DNA from: Actinomycetota bacterium
Lineage (GTDB): Bacteria; Actinomycetota; Acidimicrobiia; Acidimicrobiales; GCA-2861595
DNA: 64,000 nt
Direction of reading: 5' to 3'
Assembly (NCBI GenBank): GCA_002861595.1
Contig: PJQG01000037.1
Span: forward strand, 15,389-79,388
Within the stretch, counting starts at the first letter, position 1. Each line of letters opens with the position of its first letter. A program made the position numbers and the translations under genes. A model generated the notes under the pieces. The model was not told the DNA's origin. It ran no database searches and saw only the letters and a program-made list of their open reading frames with translations. Positions 36,732-52,788 of the stretch are shown here, one piece after another.

Positions 36732-37502
36732 TCATCGTGGCCCGCCGCGGTGCCGCCGGCGCGAGCAGGCATCGGCCAGAGCTGAGAACAGTGCCTGCTG
36801 GCTGCGGTCCTCGGACGCCGTCATCTCCGGGTGCCATTGCACGCCGAGGACCCAGCGGCCATCAGGATCCTCCAGCTCCACCGCTTCCACCAACCCGTCG
36901 CCGCTGGCGGCCACCTCGGTGAGGCCGGCCCCGAGGGCGTCGACGCCCTGGTGATGATGGGAGGTGCAGCGCAGCACCGACCGTCCACAGGCCTGGGCCA
37001 GCAGCGTGCCCTCTGTCACCTTGACGTCGTGGACCACGGAGAAGTCCCGACCGGGCTGGCCGTGCAGGTCCATCCCCTGCAGATCGGGGAGATGCTGATG
37101 CAGAGTCCCTCCGAGCGCCACGTTGAGCACCTGCATCCCCCGGCAGATGGCCAGGGTGGGAAGCCCGACGGCCAGGGCCGCCTTCACGAGGGCGAGCTCG
37201 GCGGCGTCCCGGGCGGGGTCCACCCCGTACACCTCCGGGTGGGGCCCGCCCCCGTAGCGGACCGGTTCGATGTCGCCCCCGCCGGCCAGCAGGAGCCCCT
37301 CGAAGGGCGCGAGCGTCGCCTCGGCGTCGCCCACCTCGACGGCGGGGACCAGGACGGCCCGGGCGCCGACCCGCTGCAGCGAGGCCACGTAGGCCTCGGG
37401 GATGGCAAACCCCCCGCGCGACCAGTCGGCCACCCGGCCGGCGGGCAGGTGGTAGGCAGGAATGGCCACGAGCGGCGGGGGGGCCGAGCCGGGGGAACCC
37501 AC
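36732..37502 (-). CDS. Gamma-glutamyl-gamma-aminobutyrate hydrolase family (peptidase C26)
   Basis: GGGD, ICRGMQ, HHHQ, GVQWHPE. Confidence 0.88.
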   Translation of the reverse strand: MGSPGSAPPPLVAIPAYHLPAGRVADWSRGGFAIPEAYVASLQRVGARAVLVPAVEVGDAEATLAPFEGLLLAGGGDIEPVRYGGGPHPEVYGVDPARDAAELALVKAALAVGLPTLAICRGMQVLNVALGGTLHQHLPDLQGMDLHGQPGRDFSVVHDVKVTEGTLLAQACGRSVLRCTSHHHQGVDALGAGLTEVAASGDGLVEAVELEDPDGRWVLGVQWHPEMTASEDRSQQALFSALADACSRRRHRGGPR

Positions 37503-37566
37503 GGGGCGGCCAGGCTACGCGAGGGCCGTTGGCCGAAATCCTCGGGACAGTGCGAGGATGGTGGGT

Positions 37567-37806
37567 GTGGCGCTGCGAGTGTGGATCGACCAGGACCTGT
37601 GCACCGGGGACGGGCTGTGCGTGGACCACTGCCCGGACGTCTTCATGCTCCTGGAGGACGGCATCGCCTACGTGCGGGAGAACGGCACGGTGCTGAACGA
37701 CCCGGGCGGGGCGGACAGCCTGGCCGTGGTGCCTCCGAGCCGTGACCACGAGGTGGTCGTCGCCGCCGAGGACTGCCCGGGGGAGTGCATCTTCATCGAG
37801 GGCTGA
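37567..37806 (+). CDS. Ferredoxin
   Basis: WIDQDLCTGDGLC...CPGECI. Confidence 0.88.
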   Translation: MALRVWIDQDLCTGDGLCVDHCPDVFMLLEDGIAYVRENGTVLNDPGGADSLAVVPPSRDHEVVVAAEDCPGECIFIEG

Positions 37807-37816
37807 GTCCGCTCCG

Positions 37817-37851
37817 AAAAGCAAAGAGGGCCGCCCCGGCGGGACGGCCCT
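37817..37851 (-). terminator. Intrinsic terminator-like hairpin between convergent genes
   Basis: AGGGCCGCCCC-GGC-GGGACGGCCCT preceded by AAAAGCAAAG (U-rich on the minus strand). Confidence 0.6.
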
Positions 37852-37868
37852 GTTGCGGAAGCGGTTCG

Positions 37869-38084
37869 TTACAGGACTTCGCGCTCGCGGACGACGACAT
37901 CGTCGCGACGGCCCATGGGGCTCATGCGGCTCCAGAAGAGCAACGAGGCCAGAAGGCCGATGCCGCCCACGATCATCAGGATGACCCCCACGGTTTCGAG
38001 GTCGATACCGTTGGTCCTGACTTCCACTGCGAACGCCAGAATGGCGCCCACGGCGATGAGGAAAACGCTCACACCGATACCCAT
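37869..38084 (-). CDS. Small two-TM membrane protein (DUF6458-like)
   Basis: MGIGVSVFLIAVGAILAFAV...; AAGGAGGT RBS; GTTT-N16-GGGCAC upstream (38123-38148). Confidence 0.8.
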   Translation of the reverse strand: MGIGVSVFLIAVGAILAFAVEVRTNGIDLETVGVILMIVGGIGLLASLLFWSRMSPMGRRDDVVVREREVL

Positions 38085-38162
38085 GCAACTCACCTCCTTC
38101 GCAAGTCGGCTGCGGCGAGTACGTGCCCCACAACGATCCGTGGCAAACGCGGTGCAACGGAG

Positions 38163-38780
38163 TCAGCTCAGTGCCCCGGCGGCCACCTTCAGGTCGGCGA
38201 CGAAGGACGCGTGCTGCGCCCGTCGGGCCTGGTCATCGCCGGCCCTGAGGATCGACGACGGGTGGACGGTGGCGAGCACGAGCGGCTCCCGGTCCCATTC
38301 GAGGAACCTCCCGCGCTGCTGCGTCACCTTGAACCCGGGACCGAGCAGGGCCTGAGCGGCGGTGGCCCCGAGGCAGACGACGACCTCGGGAGCGACCCGC
38401 TCGATCTCGGCGTCGAGCCACGGCCGGCAGGCCCGGACCTGCTCGGCGTTCGGCTTCTGATGCAGGCGGCGCTTGCCCGCAGGCCGCCACTTGAAGTGCT
38501 TCACCACGTTGGTGAGGTAGCTGCGGTCCGGGTCGATGCCGGCATCGGCCAACGCCCGGGCCAGCACGGTCCCGGCAGGACCGACGAAGGGGCGGCCCTG
38601 GCGGTCCTCCTGGTCGCCGGGCTGCTCACCCACGAGCATGAGCGGGGCGGCGCGAGGCCCGGCCCCGAACACCGTCTGGGTGGCGTCTGCGTACAGGTCG
38701 CACGCGGTGCACGTCGAGGCGCGGTCCGCCAGCTCCTCCAGGTCGGCACCGGCAGGGATGAGCGAGGCAGCAGTGGTCAC
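38163..38780 (-). CDS. udgX: UdgX-family uracil-DNA binding protein
   Basis: GEQPG, KRRLH R-loop, HPSSILR, Fe-S Cys. Confidence 0.88.
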   Translation of the reverse strand: MTTAASLIPAGADLEELADRASTCTACDLYADATQTVFGAGPRAAPLMLVGEQPGDQEDRQGRPFVGPAGTVLARALADAGIDPDRSYLTNVVKHFKWRPAGKRRLHQKPNAEQVRACRPWLDAEIERVAPEVVVCLGATAAQALLGPGFKVTQQRGRFLEWDREPLVLATVHPSSILRAGDDQARRAQHASFVADLKVAAGALS

Positions 38781-38802
38781 CGCCGCCTTCTACCCACCCG
38801 GC

Positions 38803-40023
38803 CTAGAGGTACAGCAGCGGGTTGACGGGGACTCCGGCGACCCGGGTCTCGAAGTGCAGGTGCGGCCCGGTGGACAGCCCGGTGGACCCGACGGCGCCGA
38901 TCATCTGGCCGGCCGTGACCGGCGTGCCGGCGGCCACGTACAACGCGCTCTGGTGGGCGTAGAGCGTGGCCAACGAGTCTCCGTGGTCCACGACGACGGT
39001 GTTGCCGTAGCCGCCTCGGGGGCCGGCGAAGACCACCGTTCCGGCCGCTGCGGCCCGGACGGGGGTGCCACTGGGAGCGGCGAAGTCGGCGCCGTCGTGC
39101 ATCCGGGCCGTGCCCAGCACGGGATGGTGGCGGGGCCCGAAGTCGGAGCTCAACCGGGCACCGGGGACCGGCGAGGTAAGGATCCCCCGCCCCGCCGCCG
39201 GCAGCAACTGGCCCGACTGCAGCCCGCGCAGGAAGGCCGTGATGGTGCCCGACTCGGCCCGGAGGGCGGCGATCTGGGCCTCGAACTCGGCCACCCGAGC
39301 CTGCGCCTCGGCAGCCAGGGCCTGCTGCTGCACCTCCTGGGCCCGCACGTCCTGGCGCACCGCGTCCTGCTCCGAACGGATCCCCTCGAGCTCGGCCCGG
39401 CGGGAGATCACCACGTCGCGCTGGGCCTTGGCCGCGTCCTTCTTGGCCCCGGCGACCGCGCTCAACCGGGCCGTGGCGTCCCGACCGGCGCTGTAGCTCC
39501 GCACGGCCCGCCGCTGGGCATGGACCACGGCGTCCTCGTAGCCGATGGTTGCGGCCACCTCCCGCACGCTGCGGGCCTTCAGCATGACCTCGGTGGGGGT
39601 GGGGGCAGGCCGGCCACCCATGTAGGCGCTCACGGCCCGCGCCCGCAGCACGCCCCGTTCCACGGCGAGGCGCTCGGTGGCCAGGGCGAGCTGGGTCTGG
39701 GTGCGCACGAAGTCGCCCTGGATCTCCTCCAGGCGGGCCTCGGCGGCATCGGCGTGCCGCGACGCCAGGCTGAGCTGACGGTCGAGGGCGGCCACCTGGT
39801 CGTCGAGCTGGCGGCGCCGAGCCTGGACCTCGTCGAGGCGATCGAGGAGCGCCGCCTCTTCCTCGGAGGCCTCCGACACCTGCTCACGCAGCGTGCGCAG
39901 CTCGGCGGCGACGGCGGCCGGGCGCTCCTTGTCCTGCTGCTTCGTCTCTGCGGCACCGGCCGGTGCCGTCCCCGCCACGGTGGCCACGGCCGCGGCGAAC
40001 AGGCACAGGACGCGTGTGCGCAC
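38803..40023 (-). CDS. Coiled-coil M23 peptidase (EnvC-like)
   Basis: Signal peptide, coiled coil, HDGAD, YAHQ, STGPHLHFE. Confidence 0.88.
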   Translation of the reverse strand: MRTRVLCLFAAAVATVAGTAPAGAAETKQQDKERPAAVAAELRTLREQVSEASEEEAALLDRLDEVQARRRQLDDQVAALDRQLSLASRHADAAEARLEEIQGDFVRTQTQLALATERLAVERGVLRARAVSAYMGGRPAPTPTEVMLKARSVREVAATIGYEDAVVHAQRRAVRSYSAGRDATARLSAVAGAKKDAAKAQRDVVISRRAELEGIRSEQDAVRQDVRAQEVQQQALAAEAQARVAEFEAQIAALRAESGTITAFLRGLQSGQLLPAAGRGILTSPVPGARLSSDFGPRHHPVLGTARMHDGADFAAPSGTPVRAAAAGTVVFAGPRGGYGNTVVVDHGDSLATLYAHQSALYVAAGTPVTAGQMIGAVGSTGLSTGPHLHFETRVAGVPVNPLLYL

Positions 40024-40025
40024 GA

Positions 40026-41477
40026 CTAAGGATCGACCCCGGAAGCAGGATCTTGAGGGCGGGGGGCTCCGCTGGGCCCCGGGCAGCCGGCCATCACCGA
40101 GCCGCCCTCGACGGACTCGGAGGCGAAGCTCGCCCCGCCGGCCAGACTGGCGTACCCGGCCAGCGCCTGGGGAGGGCTCAGGCTCCAGACGCGGCTCGGT
40201 TGCTCATCGACGTCCACCGGCTCGTCGTTCCAGCACCAGGTCGAGCGCATGGTGGCGCCCTGGAAGTGGACGGCCATGCTGACCACGAGCAACACCGTGA
40301 CGGCGCTGATGGCCACGGGCCGAGGCCAGGACCGGCGGACCGTCGCATCCGTTGCCGGCGCCGGCTGGAGAACGGGCAGGGCGCTGTAGACCAGGAACGG
40401 GATCATGTCGGTGAACAGCCGGGGGCCGAACGAATGCCCGCCCCACCAGTCGGGGGCCGTCGTGGAGATGACCACCCAGTGGAGCACGACAGAGGTCCAC
40501 ACCACCACGTCCACGCCGTCGAAACGGTGGCGCCGCACTGCTCGCACGGCGCCGGCCACACCCAGGAACAGCACCGGGGAGAACACGAACAGGCCCCGGG
40601 CGGGACTGACCAGGTTGCCCACCAATGCCTCGACGACCTGGGCGTTCCTGCCCTGGCCACCGGGGCGGTAGTACGGAGACAGCACGGCGCCGTAGGAGTG
40701 CAGGTTCACCAGCATGAACGGCACCGCGATGGCGGCCAGACCGAGCAGGTACCCGAGCGCCTGCCGGCGATGGCAGACGGCGACCCACACACTGAAGGCC
40801 AGGAGCGGGATGAGGTTGGTCGGGCGCGTCACGTAAGCGGCGGCCACGGGCAGACCGAGCAGTGCGACGAGCCGCGGGTCCGAACGGGAGCGCACGGCGA
40901 CCAGCAGGGCGAGGGACAACAGGAGCATCGAGGGCCCGTGCTGCCACAAGGCGCGGCTGGCCGTACTCCAGGCTCCCGTGCCGAAGGCGAAGGTGAGGGC
41001 GACCGCGGTGGCGACCAGGCGGCGCCGGCGCAGGGAGCCGGTGAGCACCACGAGACTGACCAGGTAGAGCACCGCGGCGGTGAGCGCCACCACGATGCTG
41101 GCGACCAGTCGCTCGAGCGCCCAGCTGCCGTGCTGGAGCCGGTCGCGGGCGCTACGGCCCACGCCCGCCTTGGCGAGGAGGTCGATGCCGGCCACGACAG
41201 GCACGGCCAGCAATCCCGGCCCCAACGGGTACGACGAGTACACCGGGCCCTCGTCGCCCGTAGCTCGGTACAGGCCGTGGGTCCCCTCCTGGGCCGGGAG
41301 GACGACCGCCCAGCGAAGGTCCAGGCTGCCGTGCACCATGCTCTCGGCCAACGGGATCGTGCGCTGCGAGTCGGCGATGGTGACGTTGGGGCTTCGCACG
41401 TGCCCGGCGAAGACCACCAACGCCACGGCGGCGGGGACGAGCCAGCTCGCCAGGGCGGCCTGGCGGCGAGAGGTCAC
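40026..41477 (-). CDS. Multi-TM protein, probable GT-C glycosyltransferase
   Basis: YPLG, ALWQH, TRP, SPARGLF, WWGGHSFGPR. Confidence 0.65.
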   Translation of the reverse strand: MTSRRQAALASWLVPAAVALVVFAGHVRSPNVTIADSQRTIPLAESMVHGSLDLRWAVVLPAQEGTHGLYRATGDEGPVYSSYPLGPGLLAVPVVAGIDLLAKAGVGRSARDRLQHGSWALERLVASIVVALTAAVLYLVSLVVLTGSLRRRRLVATAVALTFAFGTGAWSTASRALWQHGPSMLLLSLALLVAVRSRSDPRLVALLGLPVAAAYVTRPTNLIPLLAFSVWVAVCHRRQALGYLLGLAAIAVPFMLVNLHSYGAVLSPYYRPGGQGRNAQVVEALVGNLVSPARGLFVFSPVLFLGVAGAVRAVRRHRFDGVDVVVWTSVVLHWVVISTTAPDWWGGHSFGPRLFTDMIPFLVYSALPVLQPAPATDATVRRSWPRPVAISAVTVLLVVSMAVHFQGATMRSTWCWNDEPVDVDEQPSRVWSLSPPQALAGYASLAGGASFASESVEGGSVMAGCPGPSGAPRPQDPASGVDP

Positions 41478-42358
41478 ACGTCGAGGAAGCGCCGCACCGC
41501 GAAAGCGGAGCCGAGCGCGCCGATGGCGGCGCCCGCGAACAGCACGAACAGCCCGGTGCCGAGCACGTCACCACTGGGCGGCAGGAGCCGGTTCCCGAGG
41601 GTGTCGCCGCTCCCCACCGCGCCGGCCAGGAGGTTGCGCACCAGCGCGACCACGCCGAACGCCGCTCCCGCGCCCACCAGGCCCTGCACCGTCCCCTCGA
41701 GCATGAACGGGATCCGGATGAACCAGTTGGTGGCGCCCACCAGCTTCATCACCGCCACCTCGCGCCGGCGGTTGTAGATCGCCATCTGGATGGTGTTGAG
41801 GATGAGCAGGACAGCGGACAGCAACAACACGGCGGCGACGATCACGATGCCGATCTGCAGGGCGTTGGTGACCCGCAACAACGTCTCGACCGCCTCGCGG
41901 GCGAACACCACGTCCTGGACGCCGGCGCGGTTCTCGAAGCGCCGGCCGACGACGTCGACGAACTCGGCCTGCTTGGGCACCACCCGATAGGAGGTGGGCA
42001 GGTCCTTGGCCTCCACCGACTCGAGGAAGTCCGGCGAGTTCTCGAACATGCGCTTGAACTCGGCGAAGGCCTCCTGCTGGTCGATGTAGATGACCTTCTT
42101 CACCTGGGGCATCTGAGACAGCTCGCGCTCGATGGCCTGGCTCTGGGTGGGCGAGACGCCGACCTTCATGAAGATGGACAGCTCCACGTCGCCCTTCCAC
42201 TGCAGGCTGGCCTTGGAGACCCCCTGCTTGAGCAGGAGGACGGCGCCCACCAGCGACAGGGAGACGGCGACGGTGAGCACCGCCGCCGACGTCATGAGCA
42301 GGTTCCGCCGCAGGTTGGTGGCCGTCTCGCGGACCACGTAATCGAAGCTCAGCGCCAT
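41474..42358 (-). CDS. ftsX: Cell division permease FtsX
   Basis: RRREVAVMKLVGATNWFIRIPFMLEG. Confidence 0.93.
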   Translation of the reverse strand: MALSFDYVVRETATNLRRNLLMTSAAVLTVAVSLSLVGAVLLLKQGVSKASLQWKGDVELSIFMKVGVSPTQSQAIERELSQMPQVKKVIYIDQQEAFAEFKRMFENSPDFLESVEAKDLPTSYRVVPKQAEFVDVVGRRFENRAGVQDVVFAREAVETLLRVTNALQIGIVIVAAVLLLSAVLLILNTIQMAIYNRRREVAVMKLVGATNWFIRIPFMLEGTVQGLVGAGAAFGVVALVRNLLAGAVGSGDTLGNRLLPPSGDVLGTGLFVLFAGAAIGALGSAFAVRRFLDV

Positions 42359-42374
42359 GGTTCGGGAGACCTTC

Positions 42375-43061
42375 TCACGTGGCGTAGCCGTACACGCCGC
42401 GGGCCTGGTCGCGCACGACGGTTCCCCGGTCGAGCTCGATGACGCGCCGGCGCATGGAATCGACGATGCCCTGGTCGTGGGTGGCCATCACCACCGTGGT
42501 GCCCGTGCGGTTGATGCGATCGAGAAGGCGCATGATCCCGACGGTGGTGTTGGGGTCGAGGTTTCCCGTGGGCTCGTCGGCCAGCAGGATCAGGGGCCGG
42601 TTGACGAAGGCCCGGGCGATGGACACCCTCTGCTGCTCGCCGCCCGACAGCTCCCCCGGGAGGTCGTCGGTCTTCTTGGACAGGCCCACGAGATCCAGGA
42701 TCTGGGGTACCTGGGAGGCGATCACGTGCCTGGGCCGCCCGATGACCTCCAGGGCGAAGGCCACGTTCTCGGCCACGCTCTTGTTGGGCAGGAGCTTGAA
42801 GTCCTGGAAGATGCAGCCGATGTTGCGGCGCAGGTAGGGCACCTTCCACTGGCTCAGATGGGCGATCTCCTTGCCCGCCACCCAGATCCGGCCGTCGTCG
42901 GGCTCCTCCTCCTTGGTCAGCAGGCGGAGGAAGGTCGACTTGCCCGATCCCGACGGGCCGACCAGGAAGACGAACTCGCCCTTTTGGATGTCCACGGAGC
43001 AGTCGCGCAGGGCGACGGTGGTCCCCTTGTAGGACTTGGTGACGTTCTCGACGCGGATCAT
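42375..43061 (-). CDS. ftsE: Cell division ATP-binding protein FtsE
   Basis: [26 protein letters not shown]. Confidence 0.93.
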   Translation of the reverse strand: MIRVENVTKSYKGTTVALRDCSVDIQKGEFVFLVGPSGSGKSTFLRLLTKEEEPDDGRIWVAGKEIAHLSQWKVPYLRRNIGCIFQDFKLLPNKSVAENVAFALEVIGRPRHVIASQVPQILDLVGLSKKTDDLPGELSGGEQQRVSIARAFVNRPLILLADEPTGNLDPNTTVGIMRLLDRINRTGTTVVMATHDQGIVDSMRRRVIELDRGTVVRDQARGVYGYAT

Positions 43062-44056
43062 CTCGGTGGGCAGGCGGGCGCGGGGAGTGCGCCCCACCCG
43101 TGGCCGCACGCTAGCAGCGGGTGGCGTGAAAACGCAGGATCGCCCACAGCTGGCACACTGAGAAGCGTGGGGCGAAGGGTGGGGCCGCGGGCGGTGGCGG
43201 CGGTGGTACTCGCCATGGTCGCCGCGTTGTTCCTGCACGGACCGAGCGCCGCTTCGACGACGGCCAAGGGCGACGGGGACCAAGCAGCTTTCCTGGCGCT
43301 GGTGAACCGCGAGCGCGTGGCGAGAGGCCTGGGGGCGCTCGCGGAGGCCGGCGACCTGGTCGCCGTGGCCCGCCGCCACTCGGCCGAGATGGCCGGCCAG
43401 AACGAGGTCTTCCACAACGCTCGACTCTCCACCGAGGTGGAGGGTTGGAAGTTGCTGGGGGAGAACGTGGCGGTCGGGCCCACGGTGGAGGAGATCCATG
43501 ATGAGCTCATGGCGTCCAAGGTGCACAGAGACGTCATCCTCCAGCCCCGCTTCACCCAGCTGGGCGTGGGCGTGGTGAGCGTGGCGGACGAGATCTGGGT
43601 CACGCACGTGTTCCGCCAGCCCGAGGCCCCGCCGACCCCCTCCAGCTCGGCGCCACCGGCCGGCGTCGCCGCCGAACCGGGCCCCAGCGGCGAGCCCGGC
43701 CCTCGGCCCGAACCGGCTCCCCGATCCGCCCTCGCCGGCGCCGCGAGTATCGTGCGTGCACCCGGTGCGACCGTCGGTGCCACCGGCGTTCGCCAGCACC
43801 CGCCAACATCGAACGAGGTGGCGCCGGCCGCCACGCTGCCGCGGCCTCGCCCCTCGACCCCTCCTGTCGCCGCCGAGCCCCCACCCGTGGCCGCGGTCGC
43901 CTCGCGACTGCCGGCGGTGATGGCCGGCGCCATCCCCACCCGGGCCAGCTCGGCGCGGCCCGACGCCGGGGCCATCCCCGGGGCCGGCGTCGTCGCCGCC
44001 GGTCTCCTGCTGGCGGTGGTGGCGGCCGTGGTGGCGGCCGAAGAGAGCCTGCTGCC

Positions 44057-45166
<1,110 letters not shown>

Positions 45167-45284
45167 CAGCGGACCCCCAAGGGAGCCGGCGGCCGCAGGA
45201 GCCGCCGAAGGCGGCCCCCCCGGTTGCCGGCAAGAAAGGAGGAGCGGAGGCCGATCCGGCAAAGCCGGTCGGCCGGAGCACGAA

Positions 45285-45355
45285 CAGAGCTCGGCGAGCA
45301 AGCTCCGCTTGCGAGCCGACCAGAGCTCGCCGAGCAACCTCCGGTTGCGAGGCGA
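45285..45355. repeat. Two tandem 35-nt hairpin repeats with compensatory changes
   Basis: CAGAGC-TCGGC-GA-GCAAGC-TCC-GCTTGC-GA-GCCGA and CAGAGC-TCGCC-GA-GCAACC-TCC-GGTTGC-GA-GGCGA. Confidence 0.8.
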
Positions 45356-45356
45356 A

Positions 45357-48101
<2,745 letters not shown>

Positions 48102-48146
48102 GTCGGGCCCATCCTACGACCCCCGCACCGGTGCACGGCTACGGCG

Positions 48147-48857
48147 CTAGGTGTCTCGCAGGTCGAGGAGGCGCTCCTTGACGGCGTAGATCACCGCTTC
48201 CATGCGGTTGTGCAGGTGCAGCTTCTCCAGGATGTTGCGCACGTGGTTCTTGACCGTGTTCTCGGAGATGTACAGCTCGGTGGCGATCTCGCGGTTGCTC
48301 ATGCCCTTGGCCACCAGGCGCAGGACCTCGAGCTCGCGGTTGGTGAGGACGGGGCCGTCGAACTGCTGCTTGCCCTCGGCCCGCTTCACCAGCGCGTTGA
48401 ACTCGTTGAGCAGCTTCGAGGCCATCGACGGCGACAGCAGGCTCTGGCCCTGCATGACGGCACGGACGGATTCCGCCACCTCCTCCACGGAGATCTCCTT
48501 GAGCAGGTACCCGTTGGCTCCGGCCTTGATGGCCTCGTAGAGGTCATCCTCCTCGTCGCTCACGGTGAGCATGATGATCTTGGTGGTGGGGACCTCGGAC
48601 CGGACCCGGCGCGTCGCCTCGATCCCGTCGAGCCTCGGCATGCGCACGTCCATGAGCACCACGTCGGGCGCCAGCTCCCGGGCCCGCTCGACGGCCTCCT
48701 CGCCGTTCTCGGCTTCGGCCACCACCTCGATCCCGTCCTCGGTGTCGAGCACCACGTGCAGCCCGCGCCGGAACAGCGCCTGGTCGTCGGCGATGAGCAC
48801 GCGGATGGCGCCCTCGCCGTCCAGGCCGCGAAGGTCGCCAGTTGCGTCGTCAGGCAC
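48147..48857 (-). CDS. NarL/LuxR-family response regulator
   Basis: ADD, MDVRMP, LTNRELEVL HTH. Confidence 0.92.
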   Translation of the reverse strand: MPDDATGDLRGLDGEGAIRVLIADDQALFRRGLHVVLDTEDGIEVVAEAENGEEAVERARELAPDVVLMDVRMPRLDGIEATRRVRSEVPTTKIIMLTVSDEEDDLYEAIKAGANGYLLKEISVEEVAESVRAVMQGQSLLSPSMASKLLNEFNALVKRAEGKQQFDGPVLTNRELEVLRLVAKGMSNREIATELYISENTVKNHVRNILEKLHLHNRMEAVIYAVKERLLDLRDT

Positions 48858-48866
48858 GAGTGCTCC

Positions 48867-49409
48867 TCAGGTCCCTTCGATGACGCCGACATGGCCGTCG
48901 TGGCGACGGTAGACGACCGAGGCGACGCTCGTGTCGGCATCGGTGAACAGGAAGAACGAGTGCCCCAGCAGCTGCATCTGCAGTGCCGCCTCCTCCGCCG
49001 TCATGGGCTTGATGGCGAACTGCTTGGTACGGACGATCTGCGGGTCGCCGGCGTCGTCCCCGGCCGCTGCCTGTCCGCCGTCGAGGTGCACGGGCCGACG
49101 CGGGTGGGACCGGCCCAGCAGCTTGCCCTTGAGGCGCGCGAGGCGGTGCTCGAGCTTCTCGACCACCCTGTCCACGGCCACCAGGAGCTCGGGTGCCGAC
49201 GCACGGGCCCGGACGACGTGCCCGTGCCCGTGCACGGTGACCTCGCACACCTCTCGCTCCGCGATCCTCGGGTTGCGCTCCTCGAGGAAGCGCACCTCCG
49301 CCCGCTCCATCCCCTCCAGGAACCGTTGCAGGCGGATCAGCTTGTCGCCGACCGCATCCTTCAGCGAATCCGACACTTCGACGTTGCGGCCGCGAATGGC
49401 GATCTCCAC
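48867..49409 (-). CDS. hpf: Ribosome hibernation promoting factor (long HPF)
   Basis: IRGRNVEV, KPMTAEEAALQM..LGH.FF, VVYRR.DG. Confidence 0.92.
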   Translation of the reverse strand: MEIAIRGRNVEVSDSLKDAVGDKLIRLQRFLEGMERAEVRFLEERNPRIAEREVCEVTVHGHGHVVRARASAPELLVAVDRVVEKLEHRLARLKGKLLGRSHPRRPVHLDGGQAAAGDDAGDPQIVRTKQFAIKPMTAEEAALQMQLLGHSFFLFTDADTSVASVVYRRHDGHVGVIEGT

Positions 49410-49547
49410 CAGGACCCCTTCCGGTTGTGGCTCGATACTAGAGCGCTACGGCGCGGTGGCCAGCCGTTGCCGCGTCGGGTCGCATCTGGCCAAGCATCGG
49501 ACCAGGAGGGCTCCGCCTTGAGGGCGTCGGCCACCGGGACGCCGATG

Positions 49548-50141
49548 TCAGCGTCGTCCCATGGGCCGCCGACCGGCGACCAGGGCATGGACCTCCTGCG
49601 CGCCGGCGCTCCTCAAGGCGCCGGCGGCGGCGGCCAGCGTCGCCCCGGTCGTGACCACGTCGTCCACCACGAGGACGCGTGGAGGCGTCGGGCTCCACCT
49701 CGACGGAGCGAGAAGGGGCCCGCTCAGGCGCTCAGCCCGCGACCGCCCCGTCTGAGGCGGCCCTGGTCGGCGCCGGAGGAGGCCGCGGCAGGGCAGGTGG
49801 AGGCGGCGACCCACTGCCGTGGCCAGCAGCCGCCCCTGGTCGAAGCCCCGCTGGCGCCGCCGGCTGGCGGTGGTGGGCACCCACGTGACCACGTCGAAGG
49901 AGGCGGCGTCGACCAGCGCGGCCATCCCGTCGGCGAGCCAGGCCACCGCGGAGCGGGCGTTGCGGTACTTGAGACGGGCCACGATCTCCCGCCCGACCCC
50001 GGCGTAGACCATGAGGGCGGCCAACGAGTCGACGCCGGGCGGAGCCGGCGTGGGCGGGGGGCGGCGGACCGCGCCCCGACAGGGCGTGCAGGGGGCAGGG
50101 CCGGCGGCTGCGCACACCGGGCAGACGGTCGGGAGGAGCAC
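49548..50141 (-). CDS. comF: ComF family phosphoribosyltransferase-like protein
   Basis: CPVC/CTPC, RGFDQ, VDDVVTTGAT. Confidence 0.85.
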   Translation of the reverse strand: MLLPTVCPVCAAAGPAPCTPCRGAVRRPPPTPAPPGVDSLAALMVYAGVGREIVARLKYRNARSAVAWLADGMAALVDAASFDVVTWVPTTASRRRQRGFDQGRLLATAVGRRLHLPCRGLLRRRPGPPQTGRSRAERLSGPLLAPSRWSPTPPRVLVVDDVVTTGATLAAAAGALRSAGAQEVHALVAGRRPMGRR

Positions 50142-50147
50142 CCGCCC

Positions 50148-50169
50148 ATGGTGGCCGCGGCCTGTGACA
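50148..50169 (-). promoter_or_regulatory. PafBC-like promoter TGTCAC-N10-CACCAT
   Basis: 6 nt before the comF GTG. Confidence 0.65.
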
Positions 50170-50209
50170 GTCAACGTCGCCATCGCCCTCGCCCGCTGGT
50201 TCTGGAGGC

Positions 50210-52529
<2,320 letters not shown>

Positions 52530-52533
<4 letters not shown>

Positions 52534-52787
52534 CGGCGCGGCTCTACGTCGTCGGGCTCGAAGGTGGGCACGATGCCCTCGGCGCCCGCCTTGTCGAGGA
52601 GGCGCTGGTGCTCCTCCTCGCTCACCGTCTCGGCCTCGTCGATGAGCATGATCGGGATGTCGTCGCGGATGGCGTAGCGGCGCTTCAGGCGGGGGTTGTA
52701 GAGGCTGTCCTCGTCGACGAAGTACAGGAGCGGGCCTTTGTCCTCGGGGCAGGCCAGGATCTCCAGGAGCCTCGGGTCGAGGGCCAT
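52530..52787 (-). CDS. Trm112 family protein
   Basis: LLEILACP...YAIRDDIPIML. Confidence 0.88.
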
Positions 52788-52788
52788 G

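Noticed and set aside
45285-45355. Mini CRISPR array
   Set aside because: Only two repeats separated by one base, with no spacer.
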